In this document: one piece after another, positions 1-11,666 of the stretch
How positions within the stretch are numbered: position 1 is the stretch's first letter
Layout of the letters: each line of letters starts with the position of its first letter
NCBI GenBank assembly: GCA_000697335.1
Contig: JNEM01013579.1
Coordinates: forward strand, 1 to 33,507
Length of the DNA: 33,507 nt
Source of the DNA: Conidiobolus incongruus B7586
Lineage: Eukaryota
Direction: 5' to 3'
The notes under the pieces: generated by a model
The model's input: only the letters and a program-made list of their open reading frames with translations
Databases searched by the model: none
Told to the model about the DNA's origin: nothing
Made by a program: the position numbers and the translations under genes

Positions 1-124
1 TATATTTATAAATGATTATTTAGATGATCAAAAATATTATTGATATATATATATATATATATTATATAATAATTCAATTTAAAATTATATTCCAATATAT
101 ATCAAATTTAATTATATATTAACT

Positions 125-2431
125 ATACCTAAATTTTCCAATATTTGTTATGCAAAAATAACAGGAATTGTCATTATAAAAATATTAGGAAAGCTAACTC
201 ATTTAATCTATAAAAAGTTTGAAATAAATAAAAGGACTATTAATTGATTATATTTTAAAACTATTAATAAAGGTTTTGATTTATATGAATAACAAATAAA
301 TATAGAAATAAGCATTTATTAGATTTATCAAGAAAAGAAACATCAAAGAAAATCACCCTTAGAATAAAAAAAAGATTATTGAAATCATTACTAGAAATTA
401 GCAAGGAAGAAGAAAAAATTATTAGGATATAGCAAATAAAATAAATTATTATAATATATATATTAACAAGGAATAAATAAAAAAAGTTTTAAATAAAATA
501 GGATATTTTAGATAAAAACCAATATAAAAGCCTGGTTTAACTTCTTAGATAAAAAAATAAAAACTAGAATGATATTGAAAATATATTCAAAAAAGTAAAG
601 ATTTTTGGAAAAATATATGCTAGTCTGATAAAACATCTATGATAATGAATTGTTATACTATGGGTGAATTAGTTTGGCAAAAAGTTAATGAAAAGTATCA
701 TAAATATTATATGGAATAAGAATTCAAGAAAATAATATTTGCTCTTTTTGGGGTGTCTTTAATTATTATAAAAAATCCATGTTATTTTTGGGAATATAAA
801 ATAATAAAAAAGAAAAAAAAACAAAAATAGATTATATAAATATTAATACTCAATATGAACCAAAAATAAGAAAATTATAAGAATAATCATTATATTTAAA
901 TAAAAATAATATTATAAATAATTTTAATTCTTTAGAATAGAATTAGGGTGAAACTATAGAAAAATTAATTTATAAGGCTAAAAGTGGTGGAATAGACTGG
1001 TATAGATATTATTCAAAAGTAATGGCTTTATTATTTATTTTTTTTATTAAAATTTATGAAAAAAAATAACTAAATATTATAATAATATACTATTATCCAA
1101 AACCCCATACCCATTCATTTATTAAAGAATTATTAAAAAATAATAATATTCAAGTATTTGAATGATGTCCAAACAAGCTTGATCTCAATTCTACTAAGTT
1201 TGCATAAATATTTATTAAAAAGAAAATGAAAAAATAATCAAAAAATAAAACTAAACTTTAATTTAAAATTAATTGGAAAAAAAATATAGAATAATATTTC
1301 ACAAAAAAAATTAAAAAATAGGTCTAATAAGCAAAATAATATATAAAACCTATGATCAAACTTAAAGGTGGTAATAAATATTATAAATGAAAAAAAAACC
1401 TGATGACTCTGATACTGATGGATTTAAAATAAATGATAATAATAATAATAATGAAATTAATTATCAATTATTAAATAAATTGAATCAACTATCTACAGGT
1501 ATATTTTATATTTTATATTTAATTATTAATAAATATATTTATCAAATACTTATCTAAAATAAATAAACAATGGTATTTAATTAAAGATAATAAAAAATAA
1601 AAATCAAAACAATAATTAATAAGAATATTATTTGCTTAGGAGTATATTAGAATTAAAAAATTATATAAAAAGGTTAATAATAAGGAAGATAAATTATTAA
1701 CTCAAGATTCAAATATAAGACTATACTCAATATATAATAATGAAATTAATTTAATATCAGATAATAATGATCAAATTAAATTTAAGGATTTTGAAATATA
1801 TATGGATATAGATCCTATATTATTTAATATTATAAATAGAAATCAAATACTTTTTAAATAAAATCAATATAATTATAAGAATAAATTTACAGGATAATTT
1901 AATAATATAAATAATAAATTAGGCAATATAAATGATAATATAATATCAACTAACTTTAAACCTAATATTAATATTGTTTTTTAATATTATTTAAACCAAT
2001 ACAATAATACTTTGAATGGTAGTTAAAACCATATATAAACTAGAAATATTCATAATTTATCAATACCAAATTTGAACAAAAATGAATATATAGATAAAAT
2101 ATCAAATAGTAATATAATAAATAAGAAATTTAAAACATCTACAAGTTTATCAACAAATTCATTATTTGAAACCAATGGATGGCAAATAAGCGATATAGGA
2201 ATAAATATAACCATACCAGATATTAGAGTTGAAAGTATAATCAATGATAAATATAAGTATGACTTTAAAAATTCAAAACAATCTAAAAGTCAGTTGTCAA
2301 TTATACAGAGATATACTAATTCTATTATTCAAAAAAATACTAGGAGAAAATATAAACATCAATATAAAAATCAGAATAAATATATTTTATCTAAATAATA
2401 TAATACTAGACGGTAAATTAAAGAATAATAA
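125..2431 (+). pseudogene. Tc1-like transposase pseudogene with C-terminal extension (copy A)
   Basis: Start is ATA where copy B has ATG. Recognisable remnants KPGLT, SDKTS, FWGVFNY, GGIDWYRY, E*CPNKLDLN, KLKGGNKY, with many stops. GT donor at 1499; the acceptor AG is mutated to AA (~1557). Confidence 0.85.
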
Positions 2432-2456
2432 TTTATTAAAAATAAATAAATATTTT

Positions 2457-2858
2457 GATTAAGAGATTAGTTCTTAATATTTATCTATATTTCTATATAA
2501 TTCATTTAATTATAAATTATATAATTAATTTATTCTTTTAAAACTAAATTAATTATATAAATGATATTAAATTATTTAATAAACTAAATTCTTCTTTTGT
2601 CTTTGAATTCTTACTATTTTTTATCTTTAATATTATTTTTAAGGTTAACATTGTATTTTATCAATATTATAATATATTTATACTATCTAATATTAATCCT
2701 AATATATTAGCATTGACTTATTTGTTTATAAAGCTTTATTAAACTTTGTTTATATTTAAATCATCCTGCCATATTATTGGTACCATATTACTAGTTATAT
2801 TACTTTTATATTAAATCTTCCTTTATATTATATTGGTTTTATTACTATTATACTTATA
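2457..2858 (+). mobile_element. Solo LTR (Gypsy family related to 21648-27355) inside Tc1 copy A
   Basis: Reverse complement of 5052-5452; flanked by ATTTT (2452-2456) and ATTTA (2859-2863), a degenerate 5-bp TSD. Confidence 0.8.
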
Positions 2859-4065
2859 ATTTAATTAGATATAAATAATAATATTAATATATTTATAATA
2901 ATATTTAAAATTATTATTTATAAATAAGTTTAAAAAAAGTATAAAAAATATTAAATAAAATATAAAATGGTTTTTATGATTTTATAAATACTATTCATAT
3001 ATTGCTAAGTATATTAATTTTATTATTAATTTTTTTTTGGTTTTCAAATATAAAATTTATATATAATATAATATAAAGATTAAAAAGTATTTTTATACTT
3101 TTGATTTATTATATTATTTTAAATTTTAATATTATAATAGATTATTAAATAATATTGATATATTAAGTTTATAATAAAATATTTATTTTTTTAATAAAAA
3201 TAATTAATATTAAATTTGGATTATGATATAATGGACAAAAAATATATTATTCATATTTATAATTTAAATTGATAAATGATATATTAATATACCATTGTTT
3301 ATTATTTAAAACTTTTGGTTTCAAAATTCAAAATTTGATTGGATTTTGTTTTGAATTTTTTGAATTTTTCAAGTGGGGCTGAATTTACTGGGTAGACTAA
3401 GTATATTAATATTTTTTTGAATATCATACTCTAATTCTTTAATCTTTATATTAATATAAAAATTAAAATATTTTAATTTTCTGAGAGAACTTGTATTAAT
3501 CAATTATAATGATTATTCATCTGATCTAGATATTTTAATTAAGCAATATATTAAAATAAATATATATTTTATATAATCGATTAATTTTTTACATTAAATA
3601 GATAATAAATTAATATTTAGTTTCAAATATAGCAAATGGACTTCTTTATAATCATTTATTATGTCATAAAATTATTTTATATTATAAAACAATTTCAAAT
3701 TGAAAAATTTATGAATTTATAATAAAAAAATATAAGCCTAACTTAGCAAGTTAATTAAATGCATTATAGTTCATTTCTTATTAACCATTTTATTATTTAA
3801 TTATATGTTTTTCAATAAAGTTATATATAATTAAATCCAATATAACTGTAACGAATTATAACTTTGAAAAAAGACTTTCAAAGACTTAATTCTAATATCC
3901 AAATAAAAATATTAATTTAAAAAATTAGTAAAAAAGAGAAAAAAAAATAAGAAATGGATCAAATTTTGTGATTAAGGGTTTATAACTCTGATGGTATATA
4001 GATTTACTTAAATATAATATTTCAAAAGATATATATTTCCATATTATATTATTAATTTGGAATGT

Positions 4066-4401
4066 GCTGTGGCTATCTAGATAATAACCAGCCTAGCCAA
4101 CTTTATCTTATAATCTATTACCTTATAGAGATATAACCCCGGAATACCCTTCACACCACTTTAAGGTCCCATTTTTCTGAAGATTTAATACACTTCTTTT
4201 TAATACCTACGAATGACGAGTGGTTAATAATATAGCTATTCTGGGAATATATTTTCATCATTACATCCGGTTTCGAGTAAAGCCCATCAAACACAACAAA
4301 CTCTAATAAAGCACTTTAATTAAAACTACCAAACAAATTTCGAACAAATCGCTCTCTTCCCTAATAGCAGCATCCTACTAGCACTCGGCAGAACTACAAT
4401 A
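4066..4401 (-). ncRNA. Candidate structured non-coding RNA or repeat element, copy 1 (family not identified)
   Basis: GC-richer island homologous to 28169-28423, sharing the exact 18-mer GGAATATATTTTCATCAT (4244-4261). Minus-strand helices CUGCCGA/UUGGUAG, AGUAG-GAUG-CUGCU, GCUU(U)AUUAGA/UUUGAUGGGC and UGGUUAU-7nt-AUAGCCA rely on G-U pairs. No shared long ORF. Boundaries approximate. Confidence 0.45.
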
Positions 4402-5051
4402 TCATAAAATATTTTATAATTGGTAATAAACTTAATTGTTTCAAATTTATAAATACTTAGTCTACCCAGTAAATTCAGCCCCACTTGAAAAATTCAAAAA
4501 ATTCAAAACAAAATCCAATCAAATTTTGAATTTTGAAACCAAAAGTTTTAAATAATAAACAATGGTATATTAATATATCATTTATCAATTTAAATTGTAA
4601 ATATGAATAATATATTTTTTGTCCACGATATCATAATCCAAATTTAATAATTAATTTTGTAATATTTTGCAAATCAATTTAATATTAATTATTTTTATTA
4701 AAAAAATAAATATTTCATCGCAAACTTAGTGTATCAATATTATTTAATAATCTATTGTAATATTAAAGTTTAAATGATATAATAAATCAAAAGTATAAAA
4801 ACATTTTCTAATCTTTATATTGTATGATATATAAATTTTATATTTGAAAACCAAAAAAAATTAATAATAAAATTGATACACTTAACAATTTATGAATAGC
4901 ATTTATAATATCATAAAAAACCACTTTACATTTTATTTAATACCCCTTATGCTCTTTTTGAATATAATTATAAATAATAATTTTAAATATTATTATATAT
5001 ATATATATATATATATTATATATTAATATTATTATTTATATCTAATAAAAT

Positions 5052-5452
5052 CATAAGTATAATAGTAATGAAACCAATATAGTGTAAAGGAAGATTTAAT
5101 ATAAAAGTAGTATGGCTAGTAACATGGTACCAATAACATAGTAGGATGATTTAAATGTAAACAAAGTTTAATTAAGCTTCGTAAACAAATGAGTCAACGC
5201 TGATATATCGGGATTTATATTAGGTAGTGCTAATATATTTTAATACTGATATAATATAGTCTTAACTTTAAAAATAGTATAAAAGATAAAAAGTAGTAAG
5301 AATTCAAGAGCAAAAGAAGAATTTAGTTTATTAAATAATTCAATCCATTTATACAATTGATTTAGTTTTAAAAGAATTAATTAATTATATAATTTATAAT
5401 TAAATGAATTATATAGAAATATAGATAAATATTAAGAACTAATCTCTTAATA
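5052..5452 (-). mobile_element. Solo LTR inside Tc1 copy B
   Basis: Perfect 5-bp TSD AAAAT (5047-5051, 5453-5457). Colinear with the Gypsy LTRs through shared blocks ACAAAGTTTAATTAAGCTTC, ATATTAGGTAGTGC, TAGTTTATTAAATAATTCAAT and TCTCTTAATA. Confidence 0.88.
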
Positions 5453-5477
5453 AAAATATTTATTCATTTTTAATAAA

Positions 5478-7797
5478 TCATTGATCTTCAACTTGCCATC
5501 GAGCATTATATTGTTTAGATAAAGTGCGTTTGTTCTGATTTTTATATTGATGTTTATATCTTCTCCTAGTATTTTTTTGAATAGTAGAATTAGTATATCT
5601 CTGTATAATTGACAACTGACTTTTAGATTGTTTTGAATTTTTAAAGTCATACTTATATTTATCATTGATTATACTTTCAACTCTAATATCTGGTATGGTT
5701 ATATTTATTCCTATATCGCTTATTTGCCATCCATTGGTTTCAAATAATGAATTTGTTGATAAACTTGTAGATGTTTTAAATTTCTTATTTATTATATTAC
5801 TATTTGATATTTTATCTATATATTCATTTTTGTTCAAATTTGGTATTGATAAATTATGAATATTTCTAGTTTATATATGGTTTTGACTACCATTCAAAGT
5901 ATTATTGTATTGGTTTAAATAATATTAAAAAACAATATTAACACCAGGTCTAAAGTTAGTTGTTATTACATTATCATTTAGATTACCTAATTTATCATTT
6001 ATATTATTAAACTATCCTGTAAATTAATCCTTATGATTATCTTGATTTTGTTTAGAGAATATTTGATTTCCATTTATAACATTAAATGATATAGGATCTA
6101 TATCCATACATGTTTCAAAATCCTTAAATTTAGTTTGATCATCATTATCTGATATTAAATTAATTTCATTATTATATATTAGGTATGGTTTTATATTTGA
6201 ATCTTGAATTAATAGTATATCTTCCTTATTATTAACTTTTTCACATGATTTTTTAATTCTAATATATTCCCAACCAAATAATATTCTCTTTAATTGTTGT
6301 TTTGATTGTTTATTTTTAATATCCTTTAATTGAATATCATTTTCTATTTGATCTAGATAAGTAGTTAATAAATATATTTATTAACAATTAAATATAAAAT
6401 ATAAAATATAAAATATACCTGTAGATAATTTATTCAATTCATCTAATAATTCATAATCAGTTTCAATACTATCATTGCTATCATTCATTTCAGATTCATT
6501 AATATCAGAGTCTTCTGGTTTTTTTCTTCCTTTATGATATTCATTACCACCTTCAAGTTTGATCACATGTTTCATATGTCACCTTGCTTATTGGACCCAT
6601 TTTTTAATTTTTTTTATAAAATATTATCCCATATTTTTTTCCAAGCAATTTTAAATTAAGGTTTAGTTATATTTTTTGTTAATTTTTTTATTTTCTTTTT
6701 AATATATGCCTATGCAAACTTAGCAAGATTGAGATCAGGATTGTTTAGACATTATTCAAGTATTTGAACATTGTTGTTTTTTAGTAATTCTTTAATAAAT
6801 GGATGGACATGGGGTTTTGCATTATCATGTATTATTATAGTATTTGGTTGCTTTTTTTCATAACTTTTAACAAAAGGAATAAACAATAGAGCCATTATTT
6901 TTGAATAATATCTATACCAGTCCATTCCACCACTTTTGGCCTTATAAACTAATTTTCCTGTAGCTTCACCCCAATTCCATTCTAAAGATTTAGAACTATT
7001 TGTAGTATTATTTTCATTTAAATATAGTGATTATTCCCATAATTATCTCATTTTTGGTTCATGTTGAGTATTAATTTTTACAAGATCTATTTTTGCTTTT
7101 TTTTTCTCTGCTATTGTTTCATATTCCTAAAAATAACATGGACCTTTTTTATAATAATTAAAGACACCCCAAAAAGAGCAAATACAATGTTTCTTGAATT
7201 TTCATTCCATGCAATGTTTATGATACTTTTCATTAACTTTTTACCAAACTAATTCACCTATAGTATAACAATTCATTATCATAGATGTTTTATCAGATTA
7301 GCATATATTTTTCCAAAAATCTTTACTTTTTTGAATATATTTTCAATATCATTCTAGTTTTTATTCTTTTATCTAAGGAGTTAAACCAGGCTTTTATATT
7401 GGTTTTTATCTAAAATATCCTATTTTATTTAAAACTTTTTTTATTTATTCCCTGTCAATATATATATTATAATAATTTATTTTATTTGCTATATCCTTAT
7501 AATTTTTTCTTCTTCCTTGCTAATTTCTAGTAATGATTTCAATAATCTTTTTTTTATTCTAAAGATGATTTTCTTTGATGTTTTTTTTCTTGATAAATCT
7601 AATAAATGCTTATCTGCTATATTTATTGGTTATTCATATGGATCAAAACCTCTACTAATAGCTTTAGAGTTTAATCAATTAACAGTCCTTCTATTTATTC
7701 AAAACTTTTTATAGATTAAATGAGTTGGCTTTCCTAATATTTTTGCAATGATAATTCCTGCTCTTTTTGCAAGACAAATATTTGAAAATTTAGCCAT
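5478..7797 (-). pseudogene. Tc1-like DD34E transposase pseudogene, two exons (7797-6419, 6352-5478)
   Basis: Manual translation: MAKFSNICLAKRAG..AISRGFDP..KPGLT..C*SDKTS..FWGVFNYYKKGPC..GGMDWYRY..HDNAKPH..E*CLNNPDLNLAK..HVIKLEGGNEY. There are 34 residues between the second D and the E position (now K via G>A). Multiple stops and a frameshift in a poly-A run near 6610. Confidence 0.9.
6353..6418 (-). other. Putative 66-nt spliceosomal intron in the transposase
   Basis: CAG|GTATAT donor, TATTAAC branch-like site and CTAG| acceptor. Removal joins the transposase frame to 108 open codons and, in the same frame, to ORF 5837-5478. Confidence 0.7.
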
Positions 7798-8680
7798 TGT
7801 TAATATATAATTAAATTTAATATATTGGAATATAATTTTAAATTGAATTATTATATAGTATATATATAATGATATTTTTGATCATCCAAATAATTATTTA
7901 TAAATATAAAAATATTACTTTTATTTTTAAATATTTATATATTTTTTTATGTTTATTTATTATATATTATTATATTATTTATATATTAAGTATTTATTAT
8001 TATATTTTGATATTATTTAAAATGTAATATGTTTATTTATTTATAATAATATTAAAAACTTCATATTCTAAATTAATGATATATTGTATTAGTCTGTGTT
8101 TTATAAATACTTTGTATATTTTAAATTTATTATTTGGTTTTTATATTAATTTTATTCCAAGTTATATATTGTATAATATAGAAGGTAATTCAATTAAAGT
8201 TATAACAGTTAATTATTTTCATATTTGTTAAAAATTATAAATTATTATTCACAATATAATTTGATTTATATTAATATCTTTATGAATAAATTTTATTATT
8301 TCTAATTAATATATTTGAGCATAATATTGAATACTGATTTTATAATAAATATAGCGATTAATAATAGATATCAATATAATATGATATCAGTCATTGTTTT
8401 AAATATATCAATTTTATCTCAGTTGTATCTATATATAAAATAAAAATTACTAATGAAAAAATTAATAATTTGCAAAATTATCAATAACTGAATTTTAACT
8501 AATCATCTATTACCAATTTCAAGGAGTCAGATGAATGATTGGATGATTTAATCAACCCTGAGTTTTATTATAAATATCAATTTAACTATATTTCAAATTA
8601 TTTTATTTGTAAAATTTAGAATAAAATAAAAAAAATGTTATTTCCCAAATATTCATTACTTTATTTTAATTAAAATCAAT

Positions 8681-8712
<32 letters not shown>

Positions 8713-10949
8713 TTGATTTTATACCGCATTGATTAACATAAATAATGCTATAAAAATATATATTCTTCAGGAGTCTCAAATATATAAGTAATATCAGATT
8801 TTTACAAATGCATTAAATTTTATTTGCAAAGTTAAAAATTCTTAGACAAGATTTATAAAATAACATTTGTTTATTTTATCTTTTTGTTGATTTACATTTC
8901 CTTTTTTGTATTTGCATTGTGAAACTGGGGCAAAACTTTCTGGGTAGACAAAGTATATAAGACTTTAAAATAGGTATTAATTCGATTTATAGTTATTTTA
9001 ATAGATTTTTATTTTATTAATTAAAAATTCAAGCGAAATTAGATATATTAATAAATATAAAATGGTTTATAATGTGATTAATATCAATAAATTATATTAT
9101 TATAATTATTATAATATTAATTACATATATTAATCAGATTTATTTCATATTTTCTTATTTAGTTTTTAATATTATTATTTTAGAATAAAGTTTGATACAA
9201 TTATAAACTAAAAATAGACTATATTGTTTTAATTTGATATATTTTGTATTCAAAATCAAATCATTAATATTTTAATATATTATATTAAAATATTTAATAT
9301 TTTGTTTTAAAATTATTTGTAATTTTAAAAAATTAACTAATTAGCTCATATTATATAAAATAGATTTGCTATTTTTTAATATCAAACAAATTATCCAGCT
9401 TTCTAATTTATTATTAATTTTATATAATAATATTTTCAATTCAATACTGGTTTGTACATGAAGTATATACGATATATTCAAACGAATATTACTTTTATAT
9501 ATTTATATTTTTGTTTCATATTGTTTTCCTTTTATAGAATTTGAAAAAATTTAGTGAGCCATTAATAGGTTTCATTTAGAATAATAAGTATAGCATTCTT
9601 TAAAATAAGATAATTTTAATAATTTTAGAGTCTGATAATATAATATTCGGTTGTATCTGAAATTTTTTTTTTTGGAAAAATTCTTTTTATATAAAAATTG
9701 TTTAAAATTATATACTCAATATTTTGTTTAAAAATATTAATTAAATGCTACTAGGTGGTTATTTAATTGATTCAATAGAATACTAAATCATACATTAATT
9801 GACTTGAATATTCTAGTATATTTTTCAATTTTTAATCTCTAATTTAAATTTATCACAAGTTTTATTAATATTAATTTTAAAACTTGATCAAATAATTTAT
9901 GGGTAATATCCGAAACAATGCACAGTCTTGCAACCTTGATATTTCAAAAATTGGGACTTTATTTATTACTAAGAAATAACCGCGTCATTACAATTCCTCT
10001 TGGCAATGAAATTATAAGCAAACCATAAAAAATCGTAGTTTACTAGTTAAATTGTCCAATTCCATAATATTAGAAAATGGCTAAACAATTTTATTTTGAA
10101 TATTTTTCAACAAATACTAATAATATTATTAAATATATATTTCAAAGCTCTGATTTTAATATTATAATTTAGTAATTGTAAAAGACAATATTTGGTAACT
10201 ATGTGTTAATAATATATTTATCAAAGTTTTGAAAATCATTTTAATATAAAAAATTAATGTTTTTAAAATTTAATTCTTTTGACACAAGATAATGATATAT
10301 ATTAAATTTAATATTACTTATTCATAATCGTAAATAAATTAGTTTTAAAATGAAGATGTATTAGTTTTAATAGATAAATGTTATTAAATTTTTATTCCTC
10401 CTATTAAATAATGAGAAATTTTACAACCGAATAATATGTTATTAAAAAAGTTTGAAAAAATATTTTGTCATAATTTTTTATTAAATCAATAAAGCAAGTT
10501 GTGTTTCAATCTTTGCTTACATTTGGGAAAACTAATAAAAATAATACTTATAATTTTGAACCTTTAAATATTATTATAACATTTAATGATATTAGATATT
10601 GTAATACCAAGTTTTAAAATATAAGTTACTTACGATCATATTACATAATATAAACACTTTATTCTATTTTTAAATCCTCAATACTATATTTATGCAAAAT
10701 TATTATGTTGAGTCCAAATAATGCAAATTTAGATAATTTTGATTAGTAATGCTGATTTCATGTACATAGGTAATTCTTTGATCCGGAATATTCAATCCCC
10801 ATTTGTCAAAGTGAAAATTACTATTTATAGAAAATAATCTACTTTGATTGGTTTAAATTGTAAATTTGAAAATGGGAATATTATGTAAAATAGAATTTAC
10901 AAAGAAAATATCTCTAAATATTACATCATTCAAGGTCTATCAGGTATAG

Positions 10950-10957
10950 TATATAAA
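10950..10957 (+). promoter_or_regulatory. Candidate TATA box
   Basis: TATATAAA ~70 nt upstream of the ATG at 11025; weak evidence given the AT-rich background. Confidence 0.35.
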
Positions 10958-11024
10958 GATCACTAATCTTATCAACAATTAAACATTAATTTATTATTTA
11001 TTGTAATTCTTTCTATTGTAAGCA

Positions 11025-11666
11025 ATGATGTTGAATCAAAAATTAATTACTGCTTTCCTCATGACCCTTATGTGCGTTCAAGCACAAACTCCAATCTCAA
11101 CTGACTCAGTATCTGTCAATGATTTACAAACAGTTGCAACACAAACGATTAATTCTCAGGACAATACCGAATCAGTTACTTCACCTACATCCCAATCTCT
11201 CAGTTCTTCCTCAGCATCTTATGTTGAAACACCCACTTCCCAAATTATTTCTTCAGTATCCAGCACTGATGTTAGCTCTGTTCCTACTACTACAACTACA
11301 TTGCCTCCATCACCAACTCCAACCAACCAACCAAATCAAATCGATTTCAGTGATCCTTTATGGGCACTTAAAGCTTTTCCTCAACTTGGAGCGATAATTA
11401 ACAATCCGTTATGGGCAGCTCAGCAAGATCCCTCCTTCTGGGCCAGATGGAATGATACTAACTGGGCAGTAATTAATTCCTCTCAGACTCCGACTGTTAT
11501 TCCTCCTACCACTCAAACTAGTGCTCAGGTAGATAGCACTACCACACAACAAATTCGTTCCACAAGTACTGTCGATACTATACCAACCCAATCTGCCACA
11601 AGTACTTCTACTACCTATTCGATTCAGTCAAATGTTTCTAGCGCTCAATTAAGCACCACCGCTTAA
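11025..11666 (+). CDS. Secreted Ser/Thr/Pro-rich protein (213 aa) with a small Trp-rich central domain
   Basis: Intact GC-richer ORF. N-terminal hydrophobic signal (KLITAFLMTLMCVQA), mucin-like S/T tracts on both sides of IDFSDPLWA...NDTNWAVIN, and AATAAA at 11769-11774. Confidence 0.85.
   Translation: MMLNQKLITAFLMTLMCVQAQTPISTDSVSVNDLQTVATQTINSQDNTESVTSPTSQSLSSSSASYVETPTSQIISSVSSTDVSSVPTTTTTLPPSPTPTNQPNQIDFSDPLWALKAFPQLGAIINNPLWAAQQDPSFWARWNDTNWAVINSSQTPTVIPPTTQTSAQVDSTTTQQIRSTSTVDTIPTQSATSTSTTYSIQSNVSSAQLSTTA

Larger units (their letters stand above)
1..3401 (+). mobile_element. Tc1-like (DD34E) DNA transposon, copy A; degenerate, 5' part runs off the window start
   Basis: Reverse complement of 4456..~7908 (position 1 pairs with ~7908). 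Ends in TIR ...GTGGGGCTGAATTTACTGGGTAGACTAAG followed by TA (3402-3403); similarity to copy B stops at that point. Confidence 0.9.
4456..8953 (-). mobile_element. Full-length Tc1-like (DD34E) DNA transposon, copy B, ~4.5 kb
   Basis: Imperfect TIRs CTTAGTCTACCCAGTAAATTCAGCCCCA (from 4456) and TGGGGCAAAACTTTCTGGGTAGACAAAG (to 8953). TA on both sides (4454-4455, 8954-8955). Internal transposase relic. Confidence 0.92.

Noticed and set aside
2050..2462. Short ORFs 2050-2244 and 2244-2462, with mirror ORFs 5447-5665 and 5665-5859
   Set aside because: Antisense or off-frame shadows of the transposon's extension exon; they recur only because the element is duplicated.
4244..4262. Box C/D snoRNA, U3, SECIS or hammerhead identity for the structured element
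   Set aside because: RUGAUGA is present, but there is no conserved box D, U3 box A, SECIS spacing or CUGANGA/GAAA core in both copies.
4351..4407. Protein-coding reading of the repeated element (ALFPNSSILLALGRTT vs APFPINNVLLAIGRIT)
   Set aside because: The similarity covers only ~18 codons and upstream frames have stops and indels in both copies; not fully excluded.
7061..7714. Plus-strand hydrophobic ORFs
   Set aside because: Antisense to the transposase relic; Phe/Ile/Leu richness reflects AT bias.
8682..8706. (TA)n tracts here and elsewhere
   Set aside because: Ordinary microsatellites; no CRISPR-like repeat-spacer array was seen in the window.
11119..11591. Overlapping ORFs within the secreted protein gene
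   Set aside because: Alternative-frame shadows with no independent support.
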